DNA from: the human T2T-CHM13v2.0 reference genome, Homo sapiens
Length of the DNA stretch: 64,000 nucleotides
Assembly (NCBI RefSeq): GCF_009914755.1
Contig: NC_060932.1
Reading direction: 5' to 3' (one strand)
Below, in pieces: positions 42,773 through 61,175 of the stretch. The notes beneath the pieces are model-generated. The model saw nothing but the letters and a program-made list of their open reading frames with translations, was not told the DNA's origin and did not search any database. Within the stretch, counting starts at the first letter, position 1, and the number at the start of each line of letters is the position of its first letter. Position numbers and translations under genes: made by a program.

Positions 42773-44857
42773 GTAAGTGAGACCAGCTGCCTTCCCACTC
42801 CAAGCACTTTCCCACTGCCTGCGAGCTCCCTCTCCAAAACCACTTCACCGTGAGCTGAGTGCCATCCATTTAAACTAAATTGCCAAGCTGAAAATATTAG
42901 ACCCATGGCTGTCAATTTTCAAGTATTTTTTTAAAGAACAACCAGAGCTTTTGTTATTTATCAATTACATAATAATTAAGGAAGTGTGCTTGGGCAACTT
43001 CCTTGTCAAATTATAAAGCCAACATGAGCCATCGTATCTTTCTGGTCATTCAGATTATCCTCAGGACAAGCACATGTCTCTGTTTGTATGAATGTGTGCG
43101 TATGGGTGTGTGTTTGAATGTCTTTGTGAGTAAAACTCGTTAACGGAATTTTGTTGTTGACTATAACTTTGTAAGTGCATTTCTAGGCAACACATTTTTT
43201 TGTAGAGGAGGGAGGAAATGGACTAGCTTTATAAATATAATACCCTACACTTTACATATTTGCCCAAAATTTATTATTAATAAATTTAATTTTGAAAATA
43301 TAGACAGATAAAACTCTTTGGGAAATCAGCAATTCCTATGAACCATGAAAATATGACTGTTACTGTCAACAGCCACGCTGCTGTGTATCTTGAGTCCCAC
43401 AAGTTAGTTTGGGTGGTAATGCCAAGAACTGCCTGGAAGCTACCCCTGCCTTCTGCGGCCGGCTGTGAGGTCCTGGGCAAGTGGATAGGCAGGGCGGAAC
43501 TGCTTCTCAGCCTTGGCCAGTGCCACATAAGAGTTATTAATTATGACCCACACATCAGACAGGGAGCCCTGGGCCACAGGGCCCTCCCTGTATTGTCTCT
43601 ATCCACGCCGAGTGCACCCAGTGATGAGCCAGTGACCATATAACCTCTTCCAATACATCTAGTTATTCATCGCTGTTGGCTTACAAGATGAAAAAGTGAA
43701 ATTTTAAATTGAAACCAAATCTTACAAATTAGAACTTCACAAATCCGAACTCTATCATTGTTGCCTAGTTCAGCTAAATTCAAGAGCTATGGTGTAGGAA
43801 TGCCAGACAAGTCATGCCCTGAGACCGGGCCGCATGTCTGCCCAGCCCAGGCCCATCCATCTCCTCTCCCTCCACAGAGGGTGGTCAGTGCCAGCTTGTG
43901 GGACGAGTGGCTGAGAACAAAGCCAAAATGTTGCCCTGGGGAAGCTCTTAGACTTGTTGGAAGGAAATGGGGAGCAGGTGTTTGTAAGCCAGGAAATAAC
44001 CAGGAAAGATGATTACCAGGAAGGGGTTGGGGAGCTGGACAGAGCTGGGAGCAGAGCCAAGTTGTCTGACCCATCTGCTCCAGCAGGAAAGTGAAGGATT
44101 GGACTGGATGTCAGCTCTCACCCACCTTTTATTTGGCACACTTAAAGACATTAGGAGAATTATGAATTATCTGAAACGTCTTCTGGGGAAAAGCACACAC
44201 ATGCAGAAGCTATGCTTCGTGGGTCCAGGGCTCCAAGGCCAGCCTCAGTCCTGGGGTTTTGGACCCCCAGGTAAACAGCCATTGGTTAACTTCCCACTTT
44301 AAATGTTTGTGATTCATTGCATAATTCTATATGTTTGAAAGCAAAACATGAAAAAACCAAAGCCTTTTTTAGACCATGGGCAGGGACTAAGTGTTTTAAG
44401 AATTACGAACGGCGTTTTCCTGTTGACGGGTTCCTTCTTCCACTCATTCACCATCACTGCCACGGGTCCCCCAGGATCATTATCACCTCATTCTTCAGTG
44501 GCAGAGACAGTGTCTCATTCCTTTCTTCACATCAGGGACTGGCCCAGAGTCCTGTACGAGGCTCCAGTACTAACAATGTTCAAAGGACACTCTCAGAACT
44601 TTACACTGGCAAAACTCACACCATCACCCAATGTAGTTGAAACTCTTCAAAAAACCAGCGGAAGGATGTGAGCCTGAGGCCCCCTGACAGCATCACCTAA
44701 ACACTGGCCAGACCCTTCCCTGCCCAAGTGGGAAACCCTCTGGGAGTTCACTCACCAACAGCCCTTAACACCTGACCAGAAAGCATTCCATGGCCTCAAA
44801 TCTGATCAGATGTGAGGAAAATGGGTGAGATGTGCTGCCTACGTTACTCCTGTTCTA

Positions 44858-46095
44858 AACACAAATCCACTCTGCCCGTGGACCCCCATGCCACTGTCCA
44901 CTCAGCAAACACAAATCCACTCTGCCCATGGCCCCCATGCCACTGCCCACTCAGCAGACACAAATCCGTCTCTGCCTGTGGCCCCCATGCCACTGTCCAT
45001 TCAGCAGACACAAATCCACTCTGCCCGTGGCCCCCATGCCACTGTCCACTCAGCAGACACAAATCTGTCTCTGCCTGTGGCCCCCATGCCACTGTCCACT
45101 CAGTAGACACAAATCCACTCTGCCCATGGCCCCCGTGCCACTGTCCACTCAGCAGACACAAATCCGTCTTTGCCTGTGGCCTCCATGCCACTGTCCACTC
45201 AGCAGACACAAATCCACTCTGCCCGTGGCCCCCATGCCACTGTCCACTCAGCACACACAAATCCACTCTGCCCGTGGCCCCGATGCCATTGTCCACTCAG
45301 CAGACACAAATCCACTCTGCCCGTGGCCCCCGTGCCACTGTCCACTCAGCAGACACAAATCCGTCTCTGCCCGTGGCCCCCATGCCACTGTCCACTCAGC
45401 AGACACAAATCCACTCTGCCCGTGGCCCCCATTCCACTGTCTACTCAGCAGACACAAATCCGTCTCTGCCCGTGGCCCCCATGCCACTGTTCACTCAGCA
45501 GACACAAATCCGTCTCTGCCCGTGGCCCCCATGCCACTGTCCACTCAGCAGACACAAATCCGTCTCTGCCCGTGGCCCCCATGCCACTGCCCACTCAGCA
45601 GACACAATTCCACTCTGCCCGTGGCCCCCATGCCACTGTCCACTCAGCAGACACAAATCCGTCTCTGCCCGTGGCCCCCATGCCACTGTCCACTCAGCAG
45701 ACACAAATCCGTCTCTGCCTATGGCCCCCATGCCACTGTCCACTCAGCAGACACAAATCCATCTCTGCCTGCGGCCCCCATGCCACTGCCCACTCAGCAG
45801 ACACAAATCCACTCTGCCCGTGGCCTCCATGCCACTGTCCACTCAGCAGACACAAATCCATCTCTGCCTGTGGCCCCCATGCCACTGTCCACTCAGCAGA
45901 CACAAATCCACTCTGCCTGCAGCCCCCATGCCACTGCCCACTCAGCAGACACAAATCCGTCTCTGCCCGTGGCCCCCATGCCACTGCCCACTCACCAGAC
46001 ACAAATCCACTCTGCCCGTGGCCCCCATGCCACTGCCCACTCAGCAGACACAAATCCACTCTGCCTATGGCCCCCATGCCATTGTCCACTTAGCA
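44858..46095. repeat. C-rich VNTR, 49/50-bp unit, about 25 copies
   Basis: Unit acacaaatcc(a/gt)ctctgcccgtggcccccatgccactgtccactcagcag. Confidence 0.99.
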
Positions 46096-46660
46096 GAGAT
46101 GGTGCAACAGTTGGGTCCATTCTTCCATTTATCCAGGATTTATCACTCCATTGATGAGTCCAACAAATGTCAGGCATTCTGCCAAACTCGATTTATACGT
46201 GCCCCAATCATTCTTTTTCCCTAAATCTGACGCCGTGTTGTAGATAATAAAGCAGAGAAAGCAGCCATGTGATGGGTCTGGACAGCGACCTGCCTGCCAG
46301 GGACCTGCTAACTTGAAAGTCCTCGAAACTCCTCTGAGTCACTCTTTGGGGGTTAATGTAATGAAAGTTTCTGCAAAAAAAAAATATTATGTTACCAGGA
46401 GGTATCAACACATTTTTGCTGTTGCCTATTCGCATCTTAGTTTATCTTATATTCCTTCACGTTTTATGGATTCCAACGTAATTCATTTATTTCCATTTTA
46501 GATGACATTGCTGAAGCTCAGCTTTGTAACTCAGGGAAGCTCTCATGATGCCTGTTTTATGGACAGAAACATGACTCAGGGAAATGAGGTGCTGGAGGCT
46601 GCACAAGCCACCAAGGCTCTCAGCTGAAGGTAGCTCAGCCCCAAGCCCCGTGGCCTTCAG

Positions 46661-46846
46661 CCCATGGCACTGCTCTGTGGAGGGCAGGGTAGATCTTCAC
46701 CCTGTGGCACTGCTCTGCGGAGGGCAGGATAGATCTTCACCCCATGGCACTGCTCTGTGGAGGGCAGGTAGATCTTCACCCCATGGCACTGCTCTGTGGA
46801 GGGCAGGGTAGATCTTCACCCCATGGCACTGCTCTGTGGAGGGCAG
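46661..46846. repeat. 39-40-bp minisatellite, about 4.6 copies
   Basis: Unit ccccatggcactgctctgtggagggcagggtagatcttca. Confidence 0.95.
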
Positions 46847-47483
46847 TGGCGGAGGCCAGGGTAGATACTGTGGGGAGAGGAGAGAAAGGAAGAAAACGGC
46901 CAGGACTGGGAGAATTCCCATAGTTGTCACTCTGTAACCCTGTGTTTCCAGGAAACAAGGGCACGCTGAGCTGTAGTGAGTGTGGACAAAATTCTCTTGA
47001 AAGATTTTAACAGTGGAGATGTCAGAAGCACATCATAGGGACCTCAGATTAAACAGGAAAGACAAGACCGGGGAGGCACATACACATCCATGTGCCGTCT
47101 TCATTCTGCTGGCCTCCAGGGTCATGTTAACTGTGCTGGGAACGACTTGGGTTTCACCCACGTGAACGCCCAGCACCCCCTATGACTGTGGCTGGCACCA
47201 TGATGTCGTCTCTGCATCCTGTTCCATTACGCACAGCCCTTTCATAATGTTCACTCCTGGGGGCTCTTTCAATCTAGGCACATTTAAATATCAGCATTTT
47301 TAACGTGTAGCAGGTGAATATTCATATCCCAAACATGTTCTCCTAATCCAATTCCTCATTTGTCTTAGTTTTAAAATTGATTTCTGAGTTGACCATTCCC
47401 ACCTAAGCTTTGAGAAGGCTCAGTTGGATTTCACATGTTCACCACAGTGTAGGTGCAGACGCTGTAATGCCCAAGAGGCTGGC

Positions 47484-50340
47484 TGTGGAGGCGTCTGCTG
47501 GGATGGAGAGGAGAGAAGGATGAAGAGAGGACACATCTGCTGGGATGGAGGGAGGGGTGAACTGTGGGGGTGTCTGATGAGATGGAGAGGAGAGAGGGGT
47601 AAACTGGAGGGACATCTTCTGGGATGGAGAGGAGAGGGGTGAACTGCGGGGGTGTCTGATGAGATGGAGAGGAGAGAGGGTGAACTGTGGGGATGTCTGA
47701 TGAGATGGAGAGGAGAGAGGGTGAACTGTGGGGATGTCTGATGAGATGGAGAAGAGAGAGGGGTGAACTGGAGGGGCGTCTTCTGGGATGGAGAGGAGAG
47801 AGGGTGAACTGTGGGGGTGTCTGATGAGATGGAGAGGAGAGAGGGGTGAACTGTGGGGCGTCTGATGAGATGGAGAAGAGAGAGCGGTGAACTGGAGGGG
47901 CATCTTCTGGGATGGAGAGGAGAGAGGTGAACTGTGGGGGCATCTGATGAGATGGGGAGGAGAGAGGGTGAACTGTGGGGACATCTGATGAGATGGAGAG
48001 GAGAAAGGGGTGAACTGTGGGGGCATCTTCTGGGATGGAGAGGAGAGAGGGTGAACTGTGGGGGCATCTGATGAGATGGAGAGGGGAGAGGGTGAACTCT
48101 GGGGGTGTCTGATGAGATGGAGAAGAGAGAGGGGTGAACTGGAGGGGTGTCTTCTGGGATGGAGAGGAGAGAGGTGAACTGTGCGGGCATCTGATGAGAT
48201 GGGGAGGAGAGAGGGTGAACTGTGGGGGCATCTGATGAGATGGAGAGGAGAGAGGGGTGAACTGTGGGGGCATCTGATGAGATGGAGAGGAGAGAGGGTG
48301 AATTGTGGGGTGTCTGATGAGATGGAGAGGAGAGAGGGGTGAACTGTGGGGTGTCTGATGAGATGGAGAGGAGAAAGGGGTGAACTGGAGGGTTGTCTTC
48401 TGGGATGGAGAGGAGAGAGGAGTGAACTGTGGGGTGTCTGATGAGATGGAGAGGGGAGAGGGGTGAACTGGAGGGGCATCTTCTGGGACGGAGAGGAGAG
48501 AGGGGGTGAACTATGGGGGCATCTGATGAGATGGAGAGAGAGAAGGGTGAACTGTGGGGGCATCTTCTGGGATGGAGAGGAGAGAGGGTGAACTGTGGGG
48601 GCGTCTGATGAGATGGAGAGGAGAGAGGGTGAACTGTGGGGGCGTCTTCTGGGATGGAGAGGAGACGGGGTGAACTATGGGGCGTCTGATGAGATGGAGA
48701 GGAGAGAGGGTAAACTGTGGGGGCGTCTGCTGGGATGGAGAGGAGACAGGGTGAACTGTGGGGGCGTCTAATGAGATGGAGAGGAGAGAGGGTAAACTGT
48801 GGGGGCGTCTGCTGGGATGGAGAGGAGAGAGGGTGAACTGTGGGGGCGTCTGATGAGATGGAGAGGAGAGAGGGTGAACTGTGGGGGCGTCTGATGAGAC
48901 GGAGAGGAGAGAGGGTGAACTGTGGGGATGTCTGATGAGATGGAGAGGAGAGAGGGTGAACTGTGGGGGCATCTGATGAGATGGAGAGGAGAGAGGGTGA
49001 ACTGGAGGGGCATCTTCTGGGATGGAGAGGAGAGAGGGTGAACTGTGGGGGTGTCTGATGAGATGGAGAGGAGAGAGGGTGAACTGTGGGGGCATCTGAT
49101 GAGATGGAGAGGAGAGGGGGTGAACTATGGGGGCATCTGCTGGAATAGAGAGGAGAGAGGTGAACTGTGGGGGCATCTGATGAGATGGAGAGGAGAAAGG
49201 AGTGAACTGTGGGGGCGTCTTCTGGGATGGAGAGGAGAGAGGAGTGAACTGTGGGGTGTCTGATGAGATGGAGAGGAGAGAGGGGTGAACTGTGGGGGCA
49301 TCTGCTGGAATAGAGACGAGAGAGGTGAACTGTGGGGCGTCTGATGAGATGGAGAGGAGAGAAGGGTGAACTGTGGGGGCATCTTCTGGGATGGAGAGGA
49401 GAGAGGGTGAACTGTGGGGGCGTCTGATGAGATGGAGAGGAGAGAGGGTGAACTGTGGGGGCGTCTGCTGGTATGGAGAGGAGAGGGTGAACTGTGGGGG
49501 CGACTGATGGGATGGAGAGGAGAGAGGGTGAACTGGAGGGGCATCTTCTGGGATGGAGAGGAGAGAGGGTGGACTGTGGGGGTGTCTGATGAGATGGAGA
49601 GGAGAGAGGGTGAACTGTGGGGGCGTCTGATGAGATGGAGAGGAGAGAGGGGTGAACTGTGGGGGCATCTGATGAGATGGAGAGGAGAGAGGGGTGAACT
49701 GTGGGGGCATCTGATGAGATGGAGAGGAGAGAGGGTTGAACTGTGGGGGCATCTGATGAGATGGAGAGGAGAGATGGTGAACTGGAGGGGTGTCTGATGA
49801 GATGGAGATGAGAGAGGGTGAAGTATTGGGGGCATCTGATGAGATGGAGAGGAGAGAGGGTGAACTGGAGGGGCGTCTTCAGGGATGGAGAGGAGAGAGG
49901 GTGGACTGTGGGGGTGTCTGATGAGATGGAGAGGAGAGAGGGTGAACTGTGGGGGCATCTGATGAGATGGAGAGGAGAGAGGGGTGAACTGTGGGGGCAT
50001 CTGATGAGATGGAGAGGAGAGATGGTGAACTGGAGGGGTAATCTGATGAGATGGAGATGAGAGAGGGTGAAGTGTCAGGGGCATCTGATGAGATGGAGAG
50101 GAGAGAGGGTGAACTGGAGGGGCGTCTTCTGGGATGGAGAGGAGAGAGGGTGGACTGTGGGGGTGTCTGATGAGATGGAGAGGAGAGAGGGTGAACTGTG
50201 GGGGCATCTGATGAGATGGAGGGGAGAGAGGGGTGAACTGTGGGGGCGTCTGATGAGATGGAGGGGAGAGAGGGGTGAACTGTGGGGGCGTCTGATGAGA
50301 TGGAGAGGAGAGAAGGTGAACTGTGGGGGCATCTAATGGG
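47484..50340. repeat. Purine-rich VNTR, ~41-bp unit, about 70 copies
   Basis: Unit gggtgaactgtgggggcatctgatgagatggagaggagaga, with variants tcttctgggatgg and tctgctgggatgg. Confidence 0.99.
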
Positions 50341-50564
50341 ATTGAGAAGACAGAAAGGGTGAAGAGTGTCTGAGAGAAAAGTCCTTTAGACCCCTGACTG
50401 CCATCCGTGGGTTTCACAGCTTGGGGAGCATATTCTTGCTTAAGTTATATTTAGTCATCAATAATAACAGCTCGTTTATTCGGGAAGTATGCAGGAAACA
50501 CATCACGTGCTGTTCTGGTGCCCAAATGCAGGTAAACTAACACCAGAGAATGGAGCTTTCAGTC

Positions 50565-50766
50565 CAGATGCTGGCAAGCAAGGGCCTGCCAAGGGCCTTT
50601 TTTGTGAATAAAGTTTTACTGGAATGTGGCCCGCTCACTGGTCATCATGTTGCTGTGGGTACCTCCCAGCTTCAGGCAGGGCTGAGCAGGTGTGAGGCAC
50701 CCCGACAGCCGGCAGACCCTAGAATACTTACATCTGGGCCTTTACAGAAGGTGTGAGCTGACCCCT
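50565..50766 (+). mobile_element. MER58A (hAT-Charlie) relic
   Basis: tttttgtgaataaagttttactggaa...cctagaatacttacatctgggcctttacagaa...gctgacccct. Confidence 0.8.
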
Positions 50767-51977
50767 TAGAATCTAACAGACCCAGTGCACTTCAGTGAGT
50801 AGTCATAAGTGGCGTAGGTAACTTACAAGTGTAAAGTGAGGTGCTCTCTAAATGCGTGAGACAGGACTCCTAACCCATTCTGGGAGCTCCAGGCTTGTCT
50901 CCCTGCAGACTCACATTTGCATTGAGGGGTCCACCCTAGAGCATTAGGGTAAGCGGTGGGTAGGAGAGCATCAGCCCTGCACAGAGCAGGACCAAGTTCC
51001 CAAAGACAGCATATTTACGGGAGAGGGAAATAATATTTTATAGTAACACTATTTCATGTTGAATGCCAACTCTGTTGAATCACTCAGGTGCAATCAGAAA
51101 ATGGAAACAGGTTCTGCGTCACCAGATTTTAGTGTATGGGGGGTAACGTGAGACAGGAGAGCAATGAACTAGGCACAGCACCGGCAATAATTGCAGGACT
51201 TGTAATACACCAAGAACAACAGCCATCCCAGCCCTCGCCGCTCTGGTAACTGTGCTGAAGCCAACACCATGACCCAAGCCTTAGAGATGAAGACCCTGTC
51301 TCAGCGAGTCACACCACCGGAAGTCAACTCTAGGTCTCTCAGTTTTACGCGGCTAAACCATGCTGCCCCCTGCCCCCGGAGGCAGCAGAATCTCCCCTCG
51401 GTGATGAGTCACCTCCCTCGGTGATGAGTCCTGTGTGTGGTCTTCCCACCAGAGCCTCAATACCATCGAGCAAGCACATTTATTAAACAGTTAGTTGACA
51501 TTTCCATTTTGTTATGACCCAAATCATGTGTTACTGCAAATAAAAGCTTCCACTTAGGCTGAGCTAAGCACCTTTACTGTGCTGAGTTGATAAAGTTGGT
51601 TGACCCACATTAAACTGCCAATAATCAGCCAATATTTAAAAGCAGAAATTGTATATGGTTCAACCTGATCATTCCGGACACAAGAAAGGAAACCCACGAA
51701 CATACGTGTGACAGGCATCTCACTCTGCATAAATATGTGACTCATGAGATTTTGCAAGCATTGAGAAAATACCTAATGAGTCTTGAAGATGTTTCTTCGC
51801 CTAAGAATTGTATTTGGAATCCACTGTTGTGCTTCCTGCTAGTGACTGAGTATCTTCCACAAACACACACGTGTGCACACACTCACTACACAGGGACAGA
51901 GAGAGGCAAGCGAGGGAGAAACGCAATGTTAGGTCATAATAACGCACAACAAGAGACTATGAACAATACAAAAAATC

Positions 51978-54481
<2,504 letters not shown>

Positions 54482-56149
54482 TTAAAGCAAGTAAATGCCA
54501 CAGGATATCCAACAAGAGGTTTATTGTGAGAAATGGAAGAGGAAAGGCATCCCTGCTGGAGGCTGCAGCCTGGTGTCCCTGCAGCAGGGACAGGTGTCAA
54601 GAGCAGCCCGGGGCCAGGGGAGTGAGAGGAGCCTGCAGGACCCAGGAAGGAGCAGCAACCTCGGATTCCCACAGGGGCACACAGCATGCTGGGGAACGGG
54701 CAGCACTCAGCGTGGTCAGCACTGACCTTCCTCCTCAACCTGCCCCTGGCCCCGCAAGTCCTGAGCCCCGCCCGGTGCCTCCGAGGTGCCACTGGCACCA
54801 GCGCGAGTGCTCATAGCTGCCAGAGGCAAGGTGTGGAAATCTGCATTAATGTAATCTGATAACGTTTTGTTGGTAAATTACGTAGACACTCTTATACTAA
54901 GTTTATCTTATACCCAAAGTCTGCTTTAAACAAAATTGGTGATTCTATAATTGTATTTTAAACAGAATTGAAAGTAATTGGATACAGTGCACTGAGTGTT
55001 TTTCTCTTTTTTGCACAAAAGAGCTTCCCAGCAGGAGCTGACTGACAAAATCTTTTACGTTTCCAAGTGATTCAAATGACAAAAATGATAATGAATGTTT
55101 GCTTGTCTCCATGAGGCTTTTATTCTCCTCTTGGTGTACATGAACAACTTCTCTTCACCTGAACAATAGTTAAGAATGCAAATGTTATGGGAAGATCGAC
55201 TTGCTAATTGTATTTAATTTTAATGTGATAGGTATGGGTTCAGGTTCTTACCCCGGAAGTTATCGGGCACACCAAGTCCTCGGGAGGCTCTGGGCACCTG
55301 CGTTGACTGTGCCGTCCCGTGAGATGGAACGTGTCAGCAGTTCTTTTTTGACTGCCTGGTACGGGACTGGAAGAAGGTTGGGTCTTTAATTGGCTGTTAT
55401 CAGCCCTCCTTCTAAACCACAGAGCAGAGCACTCCTGCAAAGACTGCAGGAATTCTGCTTCAAAATGTTCCACCTCTTGGAACAATGCCAGAATTATTCT
55501 GTTAAAAACCATCTTATCTTCCTGCTGTAAAACTGAGAAAAAATCAGTCTTCTCGTTAATCACTTAATATGCACATCCTAATTATATATATAAGCGTTTT
55601 CACTTATACCCTGCTATGTTCTCTAGCATAGTGCAAGATAATAGAAGGCCTTTTGCTCTCAAAAATAAAAATAAAAACAAGCAGAAATCCTGTCCCACCT
55701 GTCTCATGCCCTGGTGTACAGACCCTCGGCCTTGTGTCCCCGATCGGGAAGGTCAGATTCCCAGGGCTGATGGCCCCGTCTGTGGGTCAGACCCTGCCCA
55801 CGTGCAGAGCACCACTTAGAATTATTATCAACTAATTGAAATGCAAATTCCAAGTCCTACTGAATCCAATTTACTGCATTTCTAAATTAGCTTATGTATT
55901 AGTGATTGAGATACTGGACTTGCTTATATATTAACATTTGAAATACTTGAATAACTAATTCAATTCTGATTGTGATGAAAGGTAGACCAAATAATTTCAT
56001 TTGGAGGCCTTTGCTTTTTTTTCTGCTTAGTTCAATTAGAAAGTCAAAGCTCTAATACTTTTGAATGTCTCTGGGTCATTCTCTAATGAAGGTAGCACTT
56101 TAAATTTATAAAGAAAAAAGAGCTTATTTCAAAGATACTTCATATCATA

Positions 56150-56690
56150 TGTAAAGATAAATTCTGATGGATTAAATATGTAAGCATTAAAATCGTATAT
56201 ATACACACACATATATGTGTGTATATATATAGACACATATGTATATGAGTATTCTGTACTCTGGGGGTGGAGAAGACGTATCTGGGCATGATTCCATGGG
56301 GCGTAATTATAAAGATACCACTTTAAATTCATAAAATTAAAAACTTATTTATGATACAAGCCAACAAGCAAACTAAAAATAATATCGCCAAAGTAAAATC
56401 ATAATAAAAACCTGAGAGTTTTTCAATATAAGTAACAAATGTTTATATTTTTAATATATAAAGATTGCCTTACAAATCAATAAAGAAAAAAATGAATGAC
56501 GCAGTGCAAAAATGAATAAAGGCCAAGCAAAGACTATTCATCTACCTTATCAATAACTAAAACGTTTGGAGAGCATGCCATTTAAAACTGAAAATCTAAA
56601 AGTTTATTCTAGAGAAATTCCTGAGAAGCATGCAAAGACGTAAAAAATACAGCCACGTTCACTATTGTGTTACATATCGTTGCGTGACAC
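56150..56690 (+). mobile_element. Ancient L1 (L1ME-like) ORF2 remnant
   Basis: ataaattctgatggattaaata..., taaaattaaaaactt, aatatataaaga...tacaaatcaataaagaaaa. Confidence 0.6.
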
Positions 56691-56949
56691 GGTACATTGC
56701 CTAAGTGCCCATCGTGGGCGTTGGTTTGGGTGATGTGGGGGCACTAAGGAAGCCCCCACCATGCGCTGCTACCACCCTCAGCAAAAGGCTGCTCTGGAGG
56801 AGGTAAAGTGTGTGCTGCAGCACAGGCAGCCGCAGGGCAGCACGACTCAGCCAGCTCTGCACCTGACCTGATGGCCTCAACACCTCCACCGAAAGCCTGA
56901 TGGAATAAGAGCCCCGCCCATTTCCCAGCACTGATACCATTCACATCCA

Positions 56950-59862
<2,913 letters not shown>

Positions 59863-60679
59863 AAAGGAAGTTCTTTAAGCATGGCTCTGAAAGAAGAGGG
59901 CAGCAGGAACTTAGAACTGCAGTGAGAGGGAGGGCTGCATGTCTCGGTTTTGGTGGTGGCTGCATGACCGTGCATTTGCGGAAATTCTTACAGCCATGCA
60001 GAAAGTGAGACGCACTGACCCATTCAGCATCTGAACCAGAGCTGCAAAAGTGAATCTTACGAAACAATGGATCGTGGAGGATAAAACAGAATCCTGTGAA
60101 GCCATTTCTCCAAGGTGAGAAATAAACTGTATTCTTGTACGGGAAGAGAAGGGGCATACCTCAGCCTCCTGACACTTCCGTTTTGGGATATGTTTGTGAG
60201 TAGGCTATTTAAGTCATGAGATGGCTCCAAGCCTCTTCTCCCTCCCATCTGCCATGGGTTGGGTGAGGTGATCAAGTGAGTAACCAAGAGAACACCAGCT
60301 ATTGGTGGACGCATCTGAGAAGAGCTCAGAAGACGGGCTCAGATATTCCTCTGGCCCATGAGCCTGCCCTGGGATCACCTTTTGCTCCACACAGCGTAAC
60401 ACCACCATGCTGGGCAAGCTGGGTACCTGGCCTGGGGATCTCCTAGCATCCACTGGCCTGTGGTGGGTGGCTGTGCCTCCTTAGGCAGGGAGCGTCGGGG
60501 CTGCTTTTGAGACCTTGCAGAGTCAGGCTGACATCTGATTAAGAAGCCTTTCAAAGAAATCACAGTTTTTGCAGAATCCATCTAGAAAGATGAAAGACCC
60601 TTCAGAGCCACTTCCTGTGTTTCTAAGCCCAGCAATCCTGACGTTTTTGCGTTTCCTGATGCTGAGACTCCATTTGGTA

Positions 60680-61175
60680 TCTGGGCTCTCACAGCTTCCT
60701 TCAGATCACTCAGCTCCTAGCACCTCTCGGCCACCAGCTCCAAGTCCTGCCTCTCACATCAAAGGCTGATCTCACGTCTCAGCTTTCTGTTTGAGACCCT
60801 CCACGCGCTGGTTGCAGGGGTTTGCCTGATCCCAGTGCAGATCCTTCGTGATCTGCCCCCGGAAAGCCTTGTTCCCCTGACAGTTTTCTTCCTCCTTGCT
60901 CCTCTGACTTGAAGTCGGCTGTTCACCGTCTCCTCCTTGCTGCCGGTCATCCTTCCATGCCCAGCTCTGATTGCCTCCTCTGGGAAGGCTCCCTGGAGTT
61001 ACGTCCCCTGCAGCATATTTCCTCACTGCTCATGCTTGTCTCTACCACATGCCTGTTTGCTTTCCCGAGAGTCCCTATAGCCTTTGAAAGCAAGAGCTGT
61101 CTCATTTATCATTGCCATTGCGCCTTCACTGTGAGGCATTATATGTGCTCCGCACACACTGGATGAATGGATAAA
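60680..61175 (+). mobile_element. L2 3' fragment
   Basis: cctcctctgggaaggctccctg...ctttgaaagcaagagctgtctcatttatc...ggatgaatggataaa. Confidence 0.5.

Noticed and set aside
44812-50417. 300-470-aa Pro/Ser/His/Cys-rich ORFs resembling mucins or keratin-associated proteins
   Set aside because: They are VNTR translations with frequent frame switching from 1-bp unit length variants.
56196-56230. Hairpin tatatatacacacac-atatat-gtgtgtatatata
   Set aside because: It is a trivial consequence of adjacent TA/CA/TG microsatellites.
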